Assembly: GCA_022813965.1 (NCBI GenBank)
Contig: JALDZS010000025.1
Coordinates: 124,001-183,425, forward strand
Direction of reading: 5' to 3'
DNA from: Toensbergia leucococca
Lineage: Eukaryota
DNA: 59,425 bases
Below, piece by piece: positions 1-11,705 of this stretch. The notes below the pieces were generated by a model. The model was given only the letters and a program-made list of their open reading frames with translations, was not told where the DNA came from and did not search any database. The number at the start of each line of letters is the position of its first letter. Position 1 is the first letter of the stretch. The position numbers and the translations under genes are program-made.

Positions 1-1310
1 CGGCAGCTTAGGCCATGCTAACCGTCCCTCGTGGTGATGGCTGTTTCATTTCAGTATGTCAAAACATGCATTTGCCTGTATGAATCCTTTTACTCCCTGC
101 ATACATAGACAACTCGATGAGTGTAATGAATTTGCTTCAGGTACAACTTCCTCTTTCAACAGTGAGATGCCAATCTAAGAGTTGATATATAAGAACATCC
201 CTTGCCTCCCTATTTCACATAGATGAAACACGGGTTCGTGGACAATTTGGTGTTAGCGCCTAGGGTTTGACGAAGTCTCGGCCAGTTGGCCTCGATTTGG
301 CACCACCACTATCATCAAGGTAAAAGCGCTTATTGGAAGAGATTGGAAGAGATTGTAAAAGATTTGCAACTACAGAAGCTTTGCATCAAAAGATAATGCA
401 ATAGCGATATTGTGATAATGATCCGAAAGATGATGTCAGATGGTCTGTTGTTAAAATAGAGGAAATATCTCCTGAATTTATGCGACGGAAATAAAGGGAT
501 AAAGGGTCGATGCACCACTCTATCCAACCTAAATGAGCTCCGGACGACCGTTGGTGCCGTGGTAGAATAAGCGCGATTACGAGCAGGACCATAACAGCAC
601 TCCAGTCGGTGTAGTACTTGAATTTTTTCGCGGTTAAGTAATTTGTTGAATTTATTATCGTGGACTCGTGAGACAGTACTTGATGCTAATGAAAAGGATG
701 ATAGAATAGTGCGTACCTATTTAATATTCTAGCTGATCATGCAATGCGGAGCTGGACGATAATTGTCTTGGAGACGCCCAGGCACATTTGGCTGATTAGA
801 TCCGGTCGACCAATGACAAGAGCCGGAAGGCCTCTGGCTAATGCCGGGCCCCTGATATCTCCAGGTTTGTGCGTGTTGTACCTGCATATACCCCTGTTAA
901 ATGATCAAATGAGTGGCCGCATCATGGGTGCTGTAATTAATCAATCCACTCCCTTTCATATCCGCCTGCGCCCATGGCCGTGCCTATTCTCTCTTTTGTT
1001 CATCTTGTCCCCACCAAGTCTCCCATCTCTTTCACCTCACACTATTTGCTTTTCTCTCTCTCTCGTTGAGAGTTTCCTTCCTTTACCACAGTCGTTCTTT
1101 AACAGCTTCTCTGCGAATTTATTTCGCTCACACTCTTTTGGCACTCACGACTACATTACGAAAATCATCACCTATTCAAACGACTCCTAAATCCACTGGA
1201 AGCTGTTTACGCCGTGAATAACCACCTTCAAGTCTATACACGGGTGACTGTCACGTCCTGCTCCACAATATCAGTCTAGGATCGACGCTCGGACTCGGCC
1301 ATCCCACAAG

Positions 1311-2421
1311 ATGCTGAGCAAGCTCTCCCTCGCCTTCGTTGCCGCCTTGGCTACTCTTAGTCAATCAAAAAGCCATTATGGCCATCATCACCGCCGAGCA
1401 TATGGTAATTCCACTCTGTCTGCCAGTGAACTCTCGACCACCTCGACCGTCTTCTCGACCCACACGTACACGACCACAACCTGTGCACCAACTGTGGCAG
1501 ACTGCCCGTTGAGATCTCGAACGGTAGTTAGTGTGGTTACATCAGTCGTCGAACTCTACACCACAGTCTGTCCAGTCACCGCCACCCAGTCCTCAGGCTC
1601 CTTCGCTGGTGGCTACAGTGCTTCCTCCGGCTCCTCATATGGCCCTGCCCCGACTGGGTCCGCTCCAGCATCTTCAAGTCCCACTGCCGGTGGTATCAGC
1701 GCCTCCTCTTCCCCTCCAGTCTATGGCTCAAGCTCTGTTCCCCTTAGTACTGGCTCCCCTAGCTCCGTTGTCAGCCCATTCAGCGGAGAGTCTTCTTTCA
1801 CAACGGTCAGCAACACTACCCTCACCTATACTCTTGGTTCCGGCTCATCCACAACCGTTGTGACCACGACTATCCAACATACATCGACCGAGACCGACAT
1901 TTCGGTGAGTCTAGTGCTAATTCAGCAATATAGAGTCTGCTGATGGTTTCTGTTATAGACTGTTTACGCAACCTCCTCGGCCGGTGAGGTCGGTGCTACT
2001 GGTGCATCTGGTACTGGCCCAACAACAACCTCGACAACAACCTCCACGTCCACGCAAGTCATCACTATACTCCCTCCATCTTCATCCGCGGCATCCACCA
2101 ACGTTGGCGGCGCCCTTGGTGGTTCTTCTGCTTCCGCCAGCGGTACTTGCCCATCTCAAGTCACCGTCACCGTCACTGCTGATGCAACTGTCACTGTGGT
2201 AAGATAGATTGCATGATTATGCTCGCACTCTGTTAACTTGATGGTAGACTGCGACCCCGTCAATAAATCCTGGAGGCCCTATTTCCAGCGTTCTACCGTT
2301 CAGCAGCGTGCCTTACGCCAACGGCACCGATACAACATCCACCGTGGTTCCTTCTACGGGCTTCTTGACTTACCACAGCAAGAGCTTCAATCCTAAGCCA
2401 ACAGGCTATACAATATACTAG
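1311..2421 (+). CDS. Secreted Ser/Thr-rich cell-wall/mucin-like glycoprotein (exons 1311-1904, 1959-2198, 2248-2421)
   Basis: Signal peptide [24 protein letters not shown] pro-region, fungal cell-wall-type motif [13 protein letters not shown]...LYTTVCPVT and very S/T-rich sequence. Two phase-0 GT-AG introns (1905-1958, 2199-2247) join an open frame ending at TAG 2419-2421. Confidence 0.8.
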
Positions 2422-3373
2422 ACACAGTCCGACCGTGGTGGCTGTTGAGGTGTGCGAACAATATTTGAGGGATCGCGCAGTGCGCGCTGGATAGTCCTCG
2501 AGAGTGACGAATCTTCATTGGAAAGAAGGATTTTGGAAGATATCCTTGTGAATAAATGCTTTCTCTATACCCCACCCCCTTTCACCCTTTTAAATATCAA
2601 CGGACACATCTGGTGCGGGTTGCCTGAAAGATAGGATCTGACAACCTACACCATTTTATGCAATCCTGGTCTTACCTTTGAGCCAGCCGACAGAATCTAA
2701 CCGGACCATCAGGCATGGAACAAAATCTGTTTGTTATTGCGTAGCGAGCAAAATGTACACATTACTTTCAAACACCTTTCCCGAGGCAATTTGTTGAGAT
2801 TTGCTGGTAGAATCTTTGACCTCAAACTCTCTTACATATCTCATCGTTAGTGACGTGTGTGCTCAAGATATTATAATGATGATATGTTCATACGATTAAT
2901 TCTCCGCTGCTAGTAGTTGGCGCGGATCTTCGTAGGGCGCATGAAGTTAAGGTAGGCGGTGGTGGCGGCTTTATCCGTATCGTTGATCATGTTGCCAAGC
3001 AATGATGTGCCACCGGGATTTTTGGGGTGCCGTGCCTGCGTGCCTAAAGTACGTCACATGTCACTCCATTACCAACCTCCTCGTTTGTCCCACAAGCAAC
3101 TTTAAGGTGCTTCGATGTTGCAATTTGACTATATACTAGGTGTTGTATTCCTTTCAATCAATATGGGGTACTGAATGACAATTGTCTTATTTCATTTTCC
3201 TTTTTGACGGCATTGTTTATTAGTGAAGGCCTTGTGTGCTGCAAACGGTCGACAAACCTACCGCTAAGCGCATCTGCACGTCTTACGGCGTTGTTTAAAA
3301 TCTTTCCTCCTCCACGATCCTTGTGAAGACCTGCCAAGTGCGTCCTTAAAATTCAATATAGCAGGAGGACATC

Positions 3374-6208
3374 ATGCGCCGGCTTTCGGCATCTTCTGAT
3401 CTCGAGGTCAATCTCCTCGAATCTGTGCATGCCAGCAATCCAGAGGAACTTCAGGACCTTGTCATGTCCTCCGATGGCGAGCCTTCCGGCATGACCCCGC
3501 TACCGCCTCATCTTGCAGCACGCTTTTCTAAACCCTTTAAACCTACCAAACCATCCAAGATGCGTCGGAAATCTTCCGCGGCTTCATCTCGCCACAATTC
3601 CATATCGTCCCTCCATTCGAGTAGATCCAATAGATCCGCCCATGGAGGTCCTCAAAGCAGTCATATTGCCCAGCATCTCCGCCGTGCCTCCATCATCGAA
3701 AGTCGAAGAGCGAGGTTGGCAGACAAAGCTGCACATGCAGAAAAGGTCAGACTTCGAGCCGCCATGGTCAAGGCTGCTCCACGGGTATCTTCGAATACTG
3801 AAGAGCGTGCGGTTGCCGCTGAACTGGCAAGAGAAAAGTATTTGGCGCAGGTTGCAGCCAACTGTGCTGAGCAGGTCAAACGTGCAAGGAAAGTGGCCGA
3901 AGATATGAAGGAGAAAAAGGCTGCTGAACATTTGAAATTAAAAGAGGACATGGAGGAGAAACTTGCCGAGGCTGAGAAAAGGAGGGTCGCCTACCAGCAA
4001 AATCTAAAACGAGCCAGGCTGGCAAGTCTACCGGTAGTGGAAGAAAGGAAAGCCATCACCAGTATATGGAAACCGAAAAGCAACGAGGAAGCTGCGCGGC
4101 TTATACAAAAAGCTTGGCGAAACCGGCAACGAAGAAGAACAGTTGCTGGATTTCTGGAGCTTGGGTTGACCATCGAACACATACAAAACCTAAGTTTTGA
4201 AGAAGTTGGGGCATTGTTAAGTCAAGAAAAGGTTCTAGCAACTACTGCGAATATGTTGAAACTCTGTGGTCTTCAAGACGGAGAGGGTGGTGGAATTGGC
4301 GAAAGAACGGCCGTACGAAGTTTCCTGAGCGCGTTCCTAATTCTTGGGCAACCCGAAACAATACTGAGTCACAATGGTGAACAAGAGCAGGATCTGATTA
4401 TCAAGGCCCAGGACCTTTTACTGTGCTTTGAAAATGTTGTATCGATATCTTCTTCCCACCCCAACTTTTCACCCCTTCCAGCGAGGCTCACATCGCTTTC
4501 CGAAGCGTACTCCTCGTTTCAAACTGCATTCGCAGCTTGGAAAGATCACGACTCATCCGTACTAGTGCAGACCATGCTTGCACAGTTCGTAGAATTAGAT
4601 GCTATATGGCAATCGGTTAAGGGTGATACAAATGACCAGGTAGCTGCGGATTACCAAGAAGGAATCCAGAGTAACCAAGCCCTGCTCTTGGCGAGGCTGA
4701 AAAGACTTGCAGGCAAAGAAGATACGATGAAGATGGTTAGGGAGGCCGTCAGGGCAAGTAGGAAATCAAAACTGAAGACAATATTGCCAGGGGACAAGAG
4801 GCCAAGAGGTACCTCGAACGTTGAAAATGGTCTATCAACGCCCGTACCGACCACCAGCACTGCAGATGATATCCTCACCGCGGAGTCACTATCTCCAGCT
4901 TGGGACTCACAGGCAAGAGAATTAGGTAAGGTAGCCACCGTCTTACCCGATAATCGGATGCTAGTCCATGAACTTGCAATCAATAAGGAATACAGAATCG
5001 ACGTCAAGTCTCAGACAGAATTGCGAGACAGTATCAACCAAGCTGTCTTTGGTAGTATGCGTCGTGATATCGCAGCTGGTTTTGGCGACCACTGGATTGT
5101 CGCAATGGCCCAGAATATACGAGAGACACTACTGCGGTGGGTAGAGCCCGGAAAGCCCTTTCACATCTTGATTTCCGAGGTACTTGATCCTGTTGTAGTA
5201 GAAACGGAAATACACAATGGGAACTTCTCGTACGAGAAATTCTTCTCCTTCATGAACTCGATCCTTCCAAAATTTTGTGCGCCTGTGCGTGACGAAGAAC
5301 TCAAAGCATTCTCCGTCGACCAAAGCAGTGATCCTATCGACCGTCTTGCAAAGCTGATGCACATACTTGATCTGATGTCTTTAGACAGTGCCAACTTCAT
5401 GTTAGAGATGCATGCCCCCGAGCTTATCAAGAGCGCAGCAGAGTATGAACAGAAAATATTTTCAGAGAGAATAGCAAGTCACAGGCTCACTAAGACAATC
5501 CGATGGTGGAGCCGGGCCAGAGAAAAGACAATGAATGAATCTGCAAGACGAATCATCGAAGGGACTCCGCACCCGGCCAACAGAACAGCACCAGACAAGA
5601 TATACATGCAGGGCCTTGTGGATCTAATTGTCGCAGGAACACGGCTCGAAGAAAACGAATTACCAGAAACGTTAGAACTGGATTTGGAGCGGGTGATACG
5701 CATCAGATCCGGCGTACTCCGTATGATTACCATCTCTGCCATTCTTCTTACAGCGAAAAACTTGCTCAAACGCGATGTTCGTTCGCAGTGGAAGGCCGAA
5801 GCGCAACGGATGTGGGATCTCTCTTATGACGATTTCTCTGCCTTCCTTTCCATCATCGAATCAGGCCACGCCATGCCGCTCACTACCAAGACTCATTTAT
5901 CTGGAATAATCGACCGAGTCCTCAATGATGCACGAAATGGCCAAGTCAGCCACCCGATCATGAAAGTGCTCTTGCTCAAAGTCAAGACTCATGTCTTCAC
6001 CCGTCTCTCAGCCTCGAGCGCCGAAGAGCGCCTTCGAGCGACGACTAGTGCGAGCGAGGTCTTGGCTTCAGGTGGATTATCTGAATACGTCGGACAGATT
6101 GGCTCTATGGTAGATGAGTTGAGAAGGGTGGCGGACGTAGATCGAGAGGCACACGGAAAGTGGTACGATGAGATCTCGGAGATGATTGTTAGAGGCTCAG
6201 ACAGGTGA
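3374..6208 (+). CDS. TCP11 (T-complex 11/Sok1-like) domain protein with IQ calmodulin-binding motif
   Basis: 944-aa single-exon ORF with an N-terminal coiled coil, IQ motif AARLIQKAWRNRQRRR, and TCP11-type segments (LVHELAINKEYR, PKFCAPVRDEE, LPETLELDLERV). Confidence 0.85.
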   Translation: MRRLSASSDLEVNLLESVHASNPEELQDLVMSSDGEPSGMTPLPPHLAARFSKPFKPTKPSKMRRKSSAASSRHNSISSLHSSRSNRSAHGGPQSSHIAQHLRRASIIESRRARLADKAAHAEKVRLRAAMVKAAPRVSSNTEERAVAAELAREKYLAQVAANCAEQVKRARKVAEDMKEKKAAEHLKLKEDMEEKLAEAEKRRVAYQQNLKRARLASLPVVEERKAITSIWKPKSNEEAARLIQKAWRNRQRRRTVAGFLELGLTIEHIQNLSFEEVGALLSQEKVLATTANMLKLCGLQDGEGGGIGERTAVRSFLSAFLILGQPETILSHNGEQEQDLIIKAQDLLLCFENVVSISSSHPNFSPLPARLTSLSEAYSSFQTAFAAWKDHDSSVLVQTMLAQFVELDAIWQSVKGDTNDQVAADYQEGIQSNQALLLARLKRLAGKEDTMKMVREAVRASRKSKLKTILPGDKRPRGTSNVENGLSTPVPTTSTADDILTAESLSPAWDSQARELGKVATVLPDNRMLVHELAINKEYRIDVKSQTELRDSINQAVFGSMRRDIAAGFGDHWIVAMAQNIRETLLRWVEPGKPFHILISEVLDPVVVETEIHNGNFSYEKFFSFMNSILPKFCAPVRDEELKAFSVDQSSDPIDRLAKLMHILDLMSLDSANFMLEMHAPELIKSAAEYEQKIFSERIASHRLTKTIRWWSRAREKTMNESARRIIEGTPHPANRTAPDKIYMQGLVDLIVAGTRLEENELPETLELDLERVIRIRSGVLRMITISAILLTAKNLLKRDVRSQWKAEAQRMWDLSYDDFSAFLSIIESGHAMPLTTKTHLSGIIDRVLNDARNGQVSHPIMKVLLLKVKTHVFTRLSASSAEERLRATTSASEVLASGGLSEYVGQIGSMVDELRRVADVDREAHGKWYDEISEMIVRGSDR

Positions 6209-6918
6209 TAATGTGAGTTGAAGGTATGTTGGTGTTTGGCGTTATTGCTACTGGTTCTACGAAGAGTGGTAGGGTGACTCGGGCGCTGTCGGACTGGCTT
6301 TGCATACGTTCATTGATGGATTACACGTTGTATATGAAGCAGGGATACTGGAACTGGGTACTTGGAGAAGACGGGTACCTACAAGTTTGCGGGGGTGATC
6401 CGACTTCTTTTCGCTTTTAGGGGTTTCTACTATGCATTATCCGTAAACAAAATATACATGCACGCAAGAAACTATTCTCACCAATCTGAATTTCCCACCT
6501 CGACGAGAACATCCTGGAGATATGCAGCTAGACTTGCTTGAGGGTATATCGCAAGACACGACGTTGATAAAGAGAAGGTGGGGGGGGGATGTTTTGCCTT
6601 GGGGCTTGACCCGGTTACTTCCAGATATTCTAGAAGCAGGCGCACGAAACAAGCCTCGACGATCCCCAATCCCCGAATCCCCAATCCCCAATTCCCAACC
6701 TTAATGCTCCATCTAAGCGAGAGGTTCGGTAGTTCGATCTTCACGAGCTCCATTACGTTGACAATTAAAACGTCATGCCGCGCAGAGCAGCAGCAAATGT
6801 CAACCATGTCGTCGTCCACATTTCTCTCTTCTGCTTTGCATTGCACTCCATCTTCACACGCTTTCCCATTCTATCCTCCATAGAATAACCCTTATTCTCG
6901 CAACGGCCATTGTCCATC

Positions 6919-8451
6919 ATGTCTGACGCGAATAACCCTAACATTGAGAAAAGGACCAACCCTCAATGGTCACTATATCAGCGTGAGAATTTCTGGAAGC
7001 CCAATACCGGCGAGGTTCCTCTCTTCAATACCGGTAAAGTCTTTTCCTGTCCGCATATCGCCATTGATCTGACTTGACTTTTCATGTCCAGAGCCCGGTA
7101 AACTCGAGGAACTCGCCAAGGAAAAGCTCACTCAAGGCGGATGGTACATACTCCCATTGAATTGAGCACCTAGGCCGTCTATTTACATGTCCTTGAATGC
7201 AGGTACTATGCCTCCTCCAACGCTGGACAATCCTACACCCATCTCGCCAACCGCCAAGCCTTCTTCCGTCACCGCATCATCCCGCGCCAACTCGTCGACA
7301 CCAATCTCCGCGACACAAGCATCACCATCTTCGGCCACAAAGTCTCTGCCCCAATTGGTTTTGCTCCAATCGGCATCAACAAAATATACCATCCCCTCGG
7401 CGAACTCCCCGTGGCTACCGTAGCCAAGGAGCTCAATCTGCCTTATTGCCTAAGCACAGCTGGCAGTACTGCAATTGAAGATGTTGCCGCTGCGAATGGC
7501 GAGGGTCCCCGCTTTTACCAAGTAAGGAAATTCCATGTAACGAGACGATCCGAAAGACATCAATTGACAATCCCATCAGCTTTACATGCCCCACGATGAC
7601 GAATTAACCATCTCCCTCCTCACCCGCGCTCACACTACCGGCTTCACAGCCTGCATTCTCACGACCGACACCTGGCAACTTGGCTGGCGCCATGATGACA
7701 TTGCTACGGGGAACTACGCTTTCTACCGTGGAGTTGGGGCCGACCTCGGCCTTACCGACCCAGTCTTCAAAAAGCGCCTTGCCGCCAAAGGCATTGACCC
7801 AGCCACTGATCCGCAGCGTGCTGGTGCCGAATGGATTGATAATGTTTGGCACGGCCGCGCGTGGAGCTGGGAGAAAATGCCTTGGTTGATTGAAATGTGG
7901 AAGCGCATTAGTGGCGGAAAACCGTTTTGTTTAAAAGGCATTCAGAGCGTCCAAGATGCTGAGAAGGCGGTTGAGTTGGGGTGTGATGGTATCGTTGTTA
8001 GCAATCATGCTGGTAGGCAGGTTGATGGCGCGATAGCGAGTTTGGACGCGTTGGAAAACATCGTCGCTGCCGTGGGGGATAAGACATATATCATGTATGA
8101 TAGTGGGGTGAGGGGGGCGGCGGATGTTGCCAAGGCGCTGGCAATTGGGGCCAAGTTCGTATGGGTAGGCCGGCTGTGGGTGTGGGGATTGAGTATTATG
8201 GGCGAGGCTGGGGTGAGGCATGTGATGAAGAGCCTGCTGGCAGATTTTGACATCTTGATGAATGTGGGTGGGTTTCAGAATGTGGGGCAGATTGATCGGA
8301 GTATCTTGGGTGAGTCCTTTTTCTTTTTATCGTTTGAATTTCTTGTTAGGAGGAGAAGGGTTGGAGATCGGATATTGATGTTTTCACTGACTGGTAAGCA
8401 GAATCTTACCCCAAAGCCTACTCGCTCATTGCAGAGAAGTCGAAGCTTTAG
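6919..8451 (+). CDS. FMN-dependent alpha-hydroxy acid dehydrogenase/oxidase (lactate oxidase/2-monooxygenase family), peroxisomal (C-terminal SKL)
   Basis: Motifs FAPIG, LKGIQSVQDA, GIVVSNHAGRQVDG and DSGVRGAADVAKALAIGA. Introns at about 7034-7091, 7144-7202, 7522-7579 and 8310-8401; the last exon reads ESYPKAYSLIAEKSKL*. Confidence 0.92.
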
Positions 8452-9203
8452 GCACGGTTCGGTTTTACCCCTTTCTCTCGACTCTTGTCCGTCATATATT
8501 TCCCATTCATAGATATTTTGTGCCGTTCAACCTTCCCCTCCCTTCGAATCGATCAACCCAAATAATAACAAAACATTCCCCATGCCAAGATAAATTCAAT
8601 CTGAAACTGCAGCCACCACCTTGTACCCCCCAACCGTCAACGTCCCCAACCCAACAAAGCGGTGACATCCATTTTGAAACACTATGCTACCAGGCACTAG
8701 AACGCAATATGCCCTATACTTGCAATTATCCCAGATTGAATAAAAACTTACACTCCCCCATACCTGCTCCGTCAAATTTAGATTGACTTCATCCTCACTA
8801 TGGAAATGGAAAGATGGCTTTTCCCCTTTGAAAAAAGTTTTCCGGTTTATTAGTCCATACACAACAACTGAGGTTTTATAAATTTAACACTTTTTCTCAC
8901 ACTGCCTCAATCCCTGCCCAACCCCCCCCAACCCCCCCCCAAAGTGCACATTCCCCCCTGTTCCCCCATTCTTCACTCATGCATCATATCTCACACCCCA
9001 CTTCCCTCTCCACCCCACTCCCTTTTTCAACAACGCTCAACTCAAACATTTAGAAAGAAAATTTACTTCCTTTTTTTGGGGGGGGTTGAAAACCCTATAG
9101 TTTCTAGCTGCATTTAATTGGGGCTTTGTTCTAGATGAGGGGATTGAGAGAGGTTGTGGGTGATTTATGAATCTTTTTCTTATTGGTGGGGGGGAAGAGA
9201 GAG

Positions 9204-9307
9204 GGGAGTGAGGGAGTGAGGGAGTGAGGGAGTGAGGGAGTGAGGGAGTGAGGGAGTGAGGGAGTGAGGGAGTGAGGGAGTGAGGGAGTGAGGGAGTGAG
9301 GGAGTGA
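9204..9307. repeat. Perfect tandem repeat (GGGAGTGA)x13
   Basis: Directly visible 8-bp unit inside a low-complexity G/C-skewed intergenic region. Confidence 0.95.
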
Positions 9308-9965
9308 GGATGGAGAGAGGTGTGTGAGGGAGTGAGGGAAGATGGAAGCAGGCGGACTTAAGTAACAGCATCAGTATCAGCATCGGCACCCATCAACACC
9401 GAGCAGGACCCGTGCTAAACGAACCCAGTTCCTCGCTGTCCCCCCTCCCTCCCCTCCCCTCCCTCTCCACCCCCCCTTCATTACCCACCACAACACTTCA
9501 ACCACATCCCAGCCTACGTCGCACCTTCGCCACCACCCGTTGGCATCTCAATCAAGGACGCCCCACAACCACAGCCCGAGATTTCCAAAAACACTTTCCT
9601 ATTCCCCCGCCCGGGTGAGAGCCCAGCATTATTCTAACATCGAAACGGAAAACAAGGCAACCCTGGTTTTGCGCTTCGATGTATGTACAGAGTCCGGAGG
9701 TGATGGAGTCGAGTAGTGATATCGTGCCCCTTCGCCTACACCCTATGGACGGGTGGGATTTGCAAAGGGAGAGAACAGGGAGATTGGGGTAATCAAAATG
9801 CACGGTCGAGAAGTTCAAAAGGGTGGTATTTCACGCCGATTTACCCCCTTTTTGATACTTTGACGGCAACCACCCCCCCGGAGCTCTCACCATCGTTGAG
9901 GTTGGTATTGTGTTTGCGTGTGAGAGGATGACCCTGTCGTTATGGGATAGGGTTGGCTACAGTTA

Positions 9966-10020
9966 AGAGGATTGCCACAACCAAGAGGATCACCACAACC
10001 AAGAAGATAACCACAACCAA
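9966..10020. repeat. Imperfect 18-bp tandem repeat x3 (AAGAGGATYRCCACAACC-like)
   Basis: aagaggattgccacaacc / aagaggatcaccacaacc / aagaagataaccacaacc. Confidence 0.8.
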
Positions 10021-10171
10021 GCCAAAAAAAACATCTCCAAATTCCCACCAAAGCAAAACCCCCATCCCTCACAGCCAACCCCCCAATTCCCCCTCTACCA
10101 ATCCAGATAAAATCTCCACATACAGCGCTCGCCCCCAAAATCCCCGTCTTCCCAACCCTCCACATTTCCTA

Positions 10172-10579
10172 TTACCCTCCCACCAGCACACACATCAAGA
10201 CCGCCACAAGCGCGACCGGCAGCAGGACCGACTCCTGATTCGCGCCTCCCGCTGCGCTTTCGGGGCAATTTTCACCCTCGTAGCAGGCGTGTATCGCGGG
10301 GTAAAAGGTCGATGTCGCTTGGGCTTCTTCTTCTTCTGCTCTGACGACGAGGGAGAGGGTCGGGGTGTCGTTGTTGTTGTAGCGATTGAATTTGATGTGT
10401 GGGAGAGTGGGGAGGGTGGTGTTGTTGGGTTGGGAGATGAGGGATTCGGGGCCTTGGTGCCGGCGGGTGACTTGGATGCCGATGAGGAGTGAGATTGCTA
10501 TTATTGTGGCTGAGAATAGGATGAGGTAGGGAAGTATGTCTTTGGGTTTTAGGGGACGGAGGGAGGGGGTGGAGGCCAT
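10172..10579 (-). CDS. Small orphan membrane-associated protein (135 aa)
   Basis: ATG in a GCCATGG-like context, N-terminal hydrophobic helix (ILPYLILFSATIIAISLLIGIQV), a C-x5-C pair and a C-terminal hydrophobic tail after a small-residue spacer. Confidence 0.5.
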   Translation of the reverse strand: MASTPSLRPLKPKDILPYLILFSATIIAISLLIGIQVTRRHQGPESLISQPNNTTLPTLPHIKFNRYNNNDTPTLSLVVRAEEEEAQATSTFYPAIHACYEGENCPESAAGGANQESVLLPVALVAVLMCVLVGG

Positions 10580-11098
10580 GGCTTGAGGGGGTGGTGGGCT
10601 GGTTGTTGGAGTGTTGATGTGTTGATGTGGATGTTGGTTGTGAGCTGGGTTGTTAGGGTCTAAGGGGCGATGTGATGGTGCGTTGCGGTGGGTGGGCTAG
10701 GGAGAAAGGTATAAGTGGGAGAGGTTATATACCTGCGTGTGGAGAGGTTTCAGGAGAGGTTTGGCGTGAATGGGGGATGAGTCTGGGGAAGACGAAGAAT
10801 TTGGAAATGGGAACATGCGAAGTCAGGTATGGATTACACACACGAGTATGAATATGTTACTCGTGTGATGGAAACGAGACGATGGTGAAAGATTCACTGT
10901 GAATTCTAATCAGAAGTTTAGGAGAAGTGGAACACCGACGAAGATATATCTGGAATGGCAAGGAGACCTACACAGCCAACTTACTTTTTCATGAACTCTC
11001 AGCCGGCGCCACGGAAGACGTCCGAAAATTACATCAAGTTGAGACGACGGATACTTCTTCAAACCCGAGACAATCTTCAATTCAAGCACTGCTCCCCT

Positions 11099-11705
11099 TT
11101 ACTGAGCCTGCATCCACACCTCTGCGGTCGGATTCCCCCAGTTCGATCCAATCTGTCGCAATACGACGTACATGCCACTAGATGGGTCATTGTTGACAAA
11201 AGTACCGCCGTATTGCCATATGTGAGCGACGAAACTGTCGCTGTACGCTCGGCCGGCTTCCCGGAAGATCTCGATATAGACTGCATTCCAGATCAGTCGG
11301 AGAAAGACAAATCGACGGTGAGGAACGCTTACGAGGTATGTTGCCGGGGGGCGCAGTGTCGTAGCCAGCTAGCCATTTCACCGAGTAAATGCCCTTTGGA
11401 AGATAGAAGACTGTCGAGGCTAGGTTGAGGGCGATTGTCCTTGGGTTGTGTGCTTCACTTTGGCAGTAATAGCATATTCCATATCCACGGCTATCGAGTG
11501 TGGAGATATCCATAATGTCACGCTTATCGGCAGCACCCAGTCGTCCACTTCGTCGAAGCTTACCCTTTGTGGCTGTGGGTGCTGCAACGCAGCCGGCAGG
11601 AATATTGACTGCGGTACAGTGTCCTTGTACGCACAAGGACGATATGGCGGTGAAAAAGCAGAATATTGCCAGTAGCAGAGATATGAAGAGGTGAAGTTGA
11701 TGCAT
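11099..11705 (-). CDS. Small secreted Cys-containing protein (~184 aa; exons 11705-11333, 11280-11099)
   Basis: Signal peptide MHQLHLFISLLLAIFCFFTAISS and dibasic RR/KR sites. A 52-nt GTAAGC..GACTGAT..TGCAG intron (11332-11281) extends the frame to ...NIPLYIEIFREAGRAYSDSFVAHIWQYGGTFVNNDPSSGMYVVLRQIGSNWGNPTAEVWMQAQ*. Confidence 0.7.

Noticed and set aside
744..1190. 148-aa ORF and other ORFs upstream of 1311
   Set aside because: These overlap the CT-rich promoter/5' UTR of the cell-wall gene and show no protein-like features.
9204..9307. Telomeric repeat, CRISPR array or the 69-aa 'SLPHSLTP' ORF
   Set aside because: The unit is not TTAGGG, there are no spacers, and the ORF is simply the translated microsatellite.
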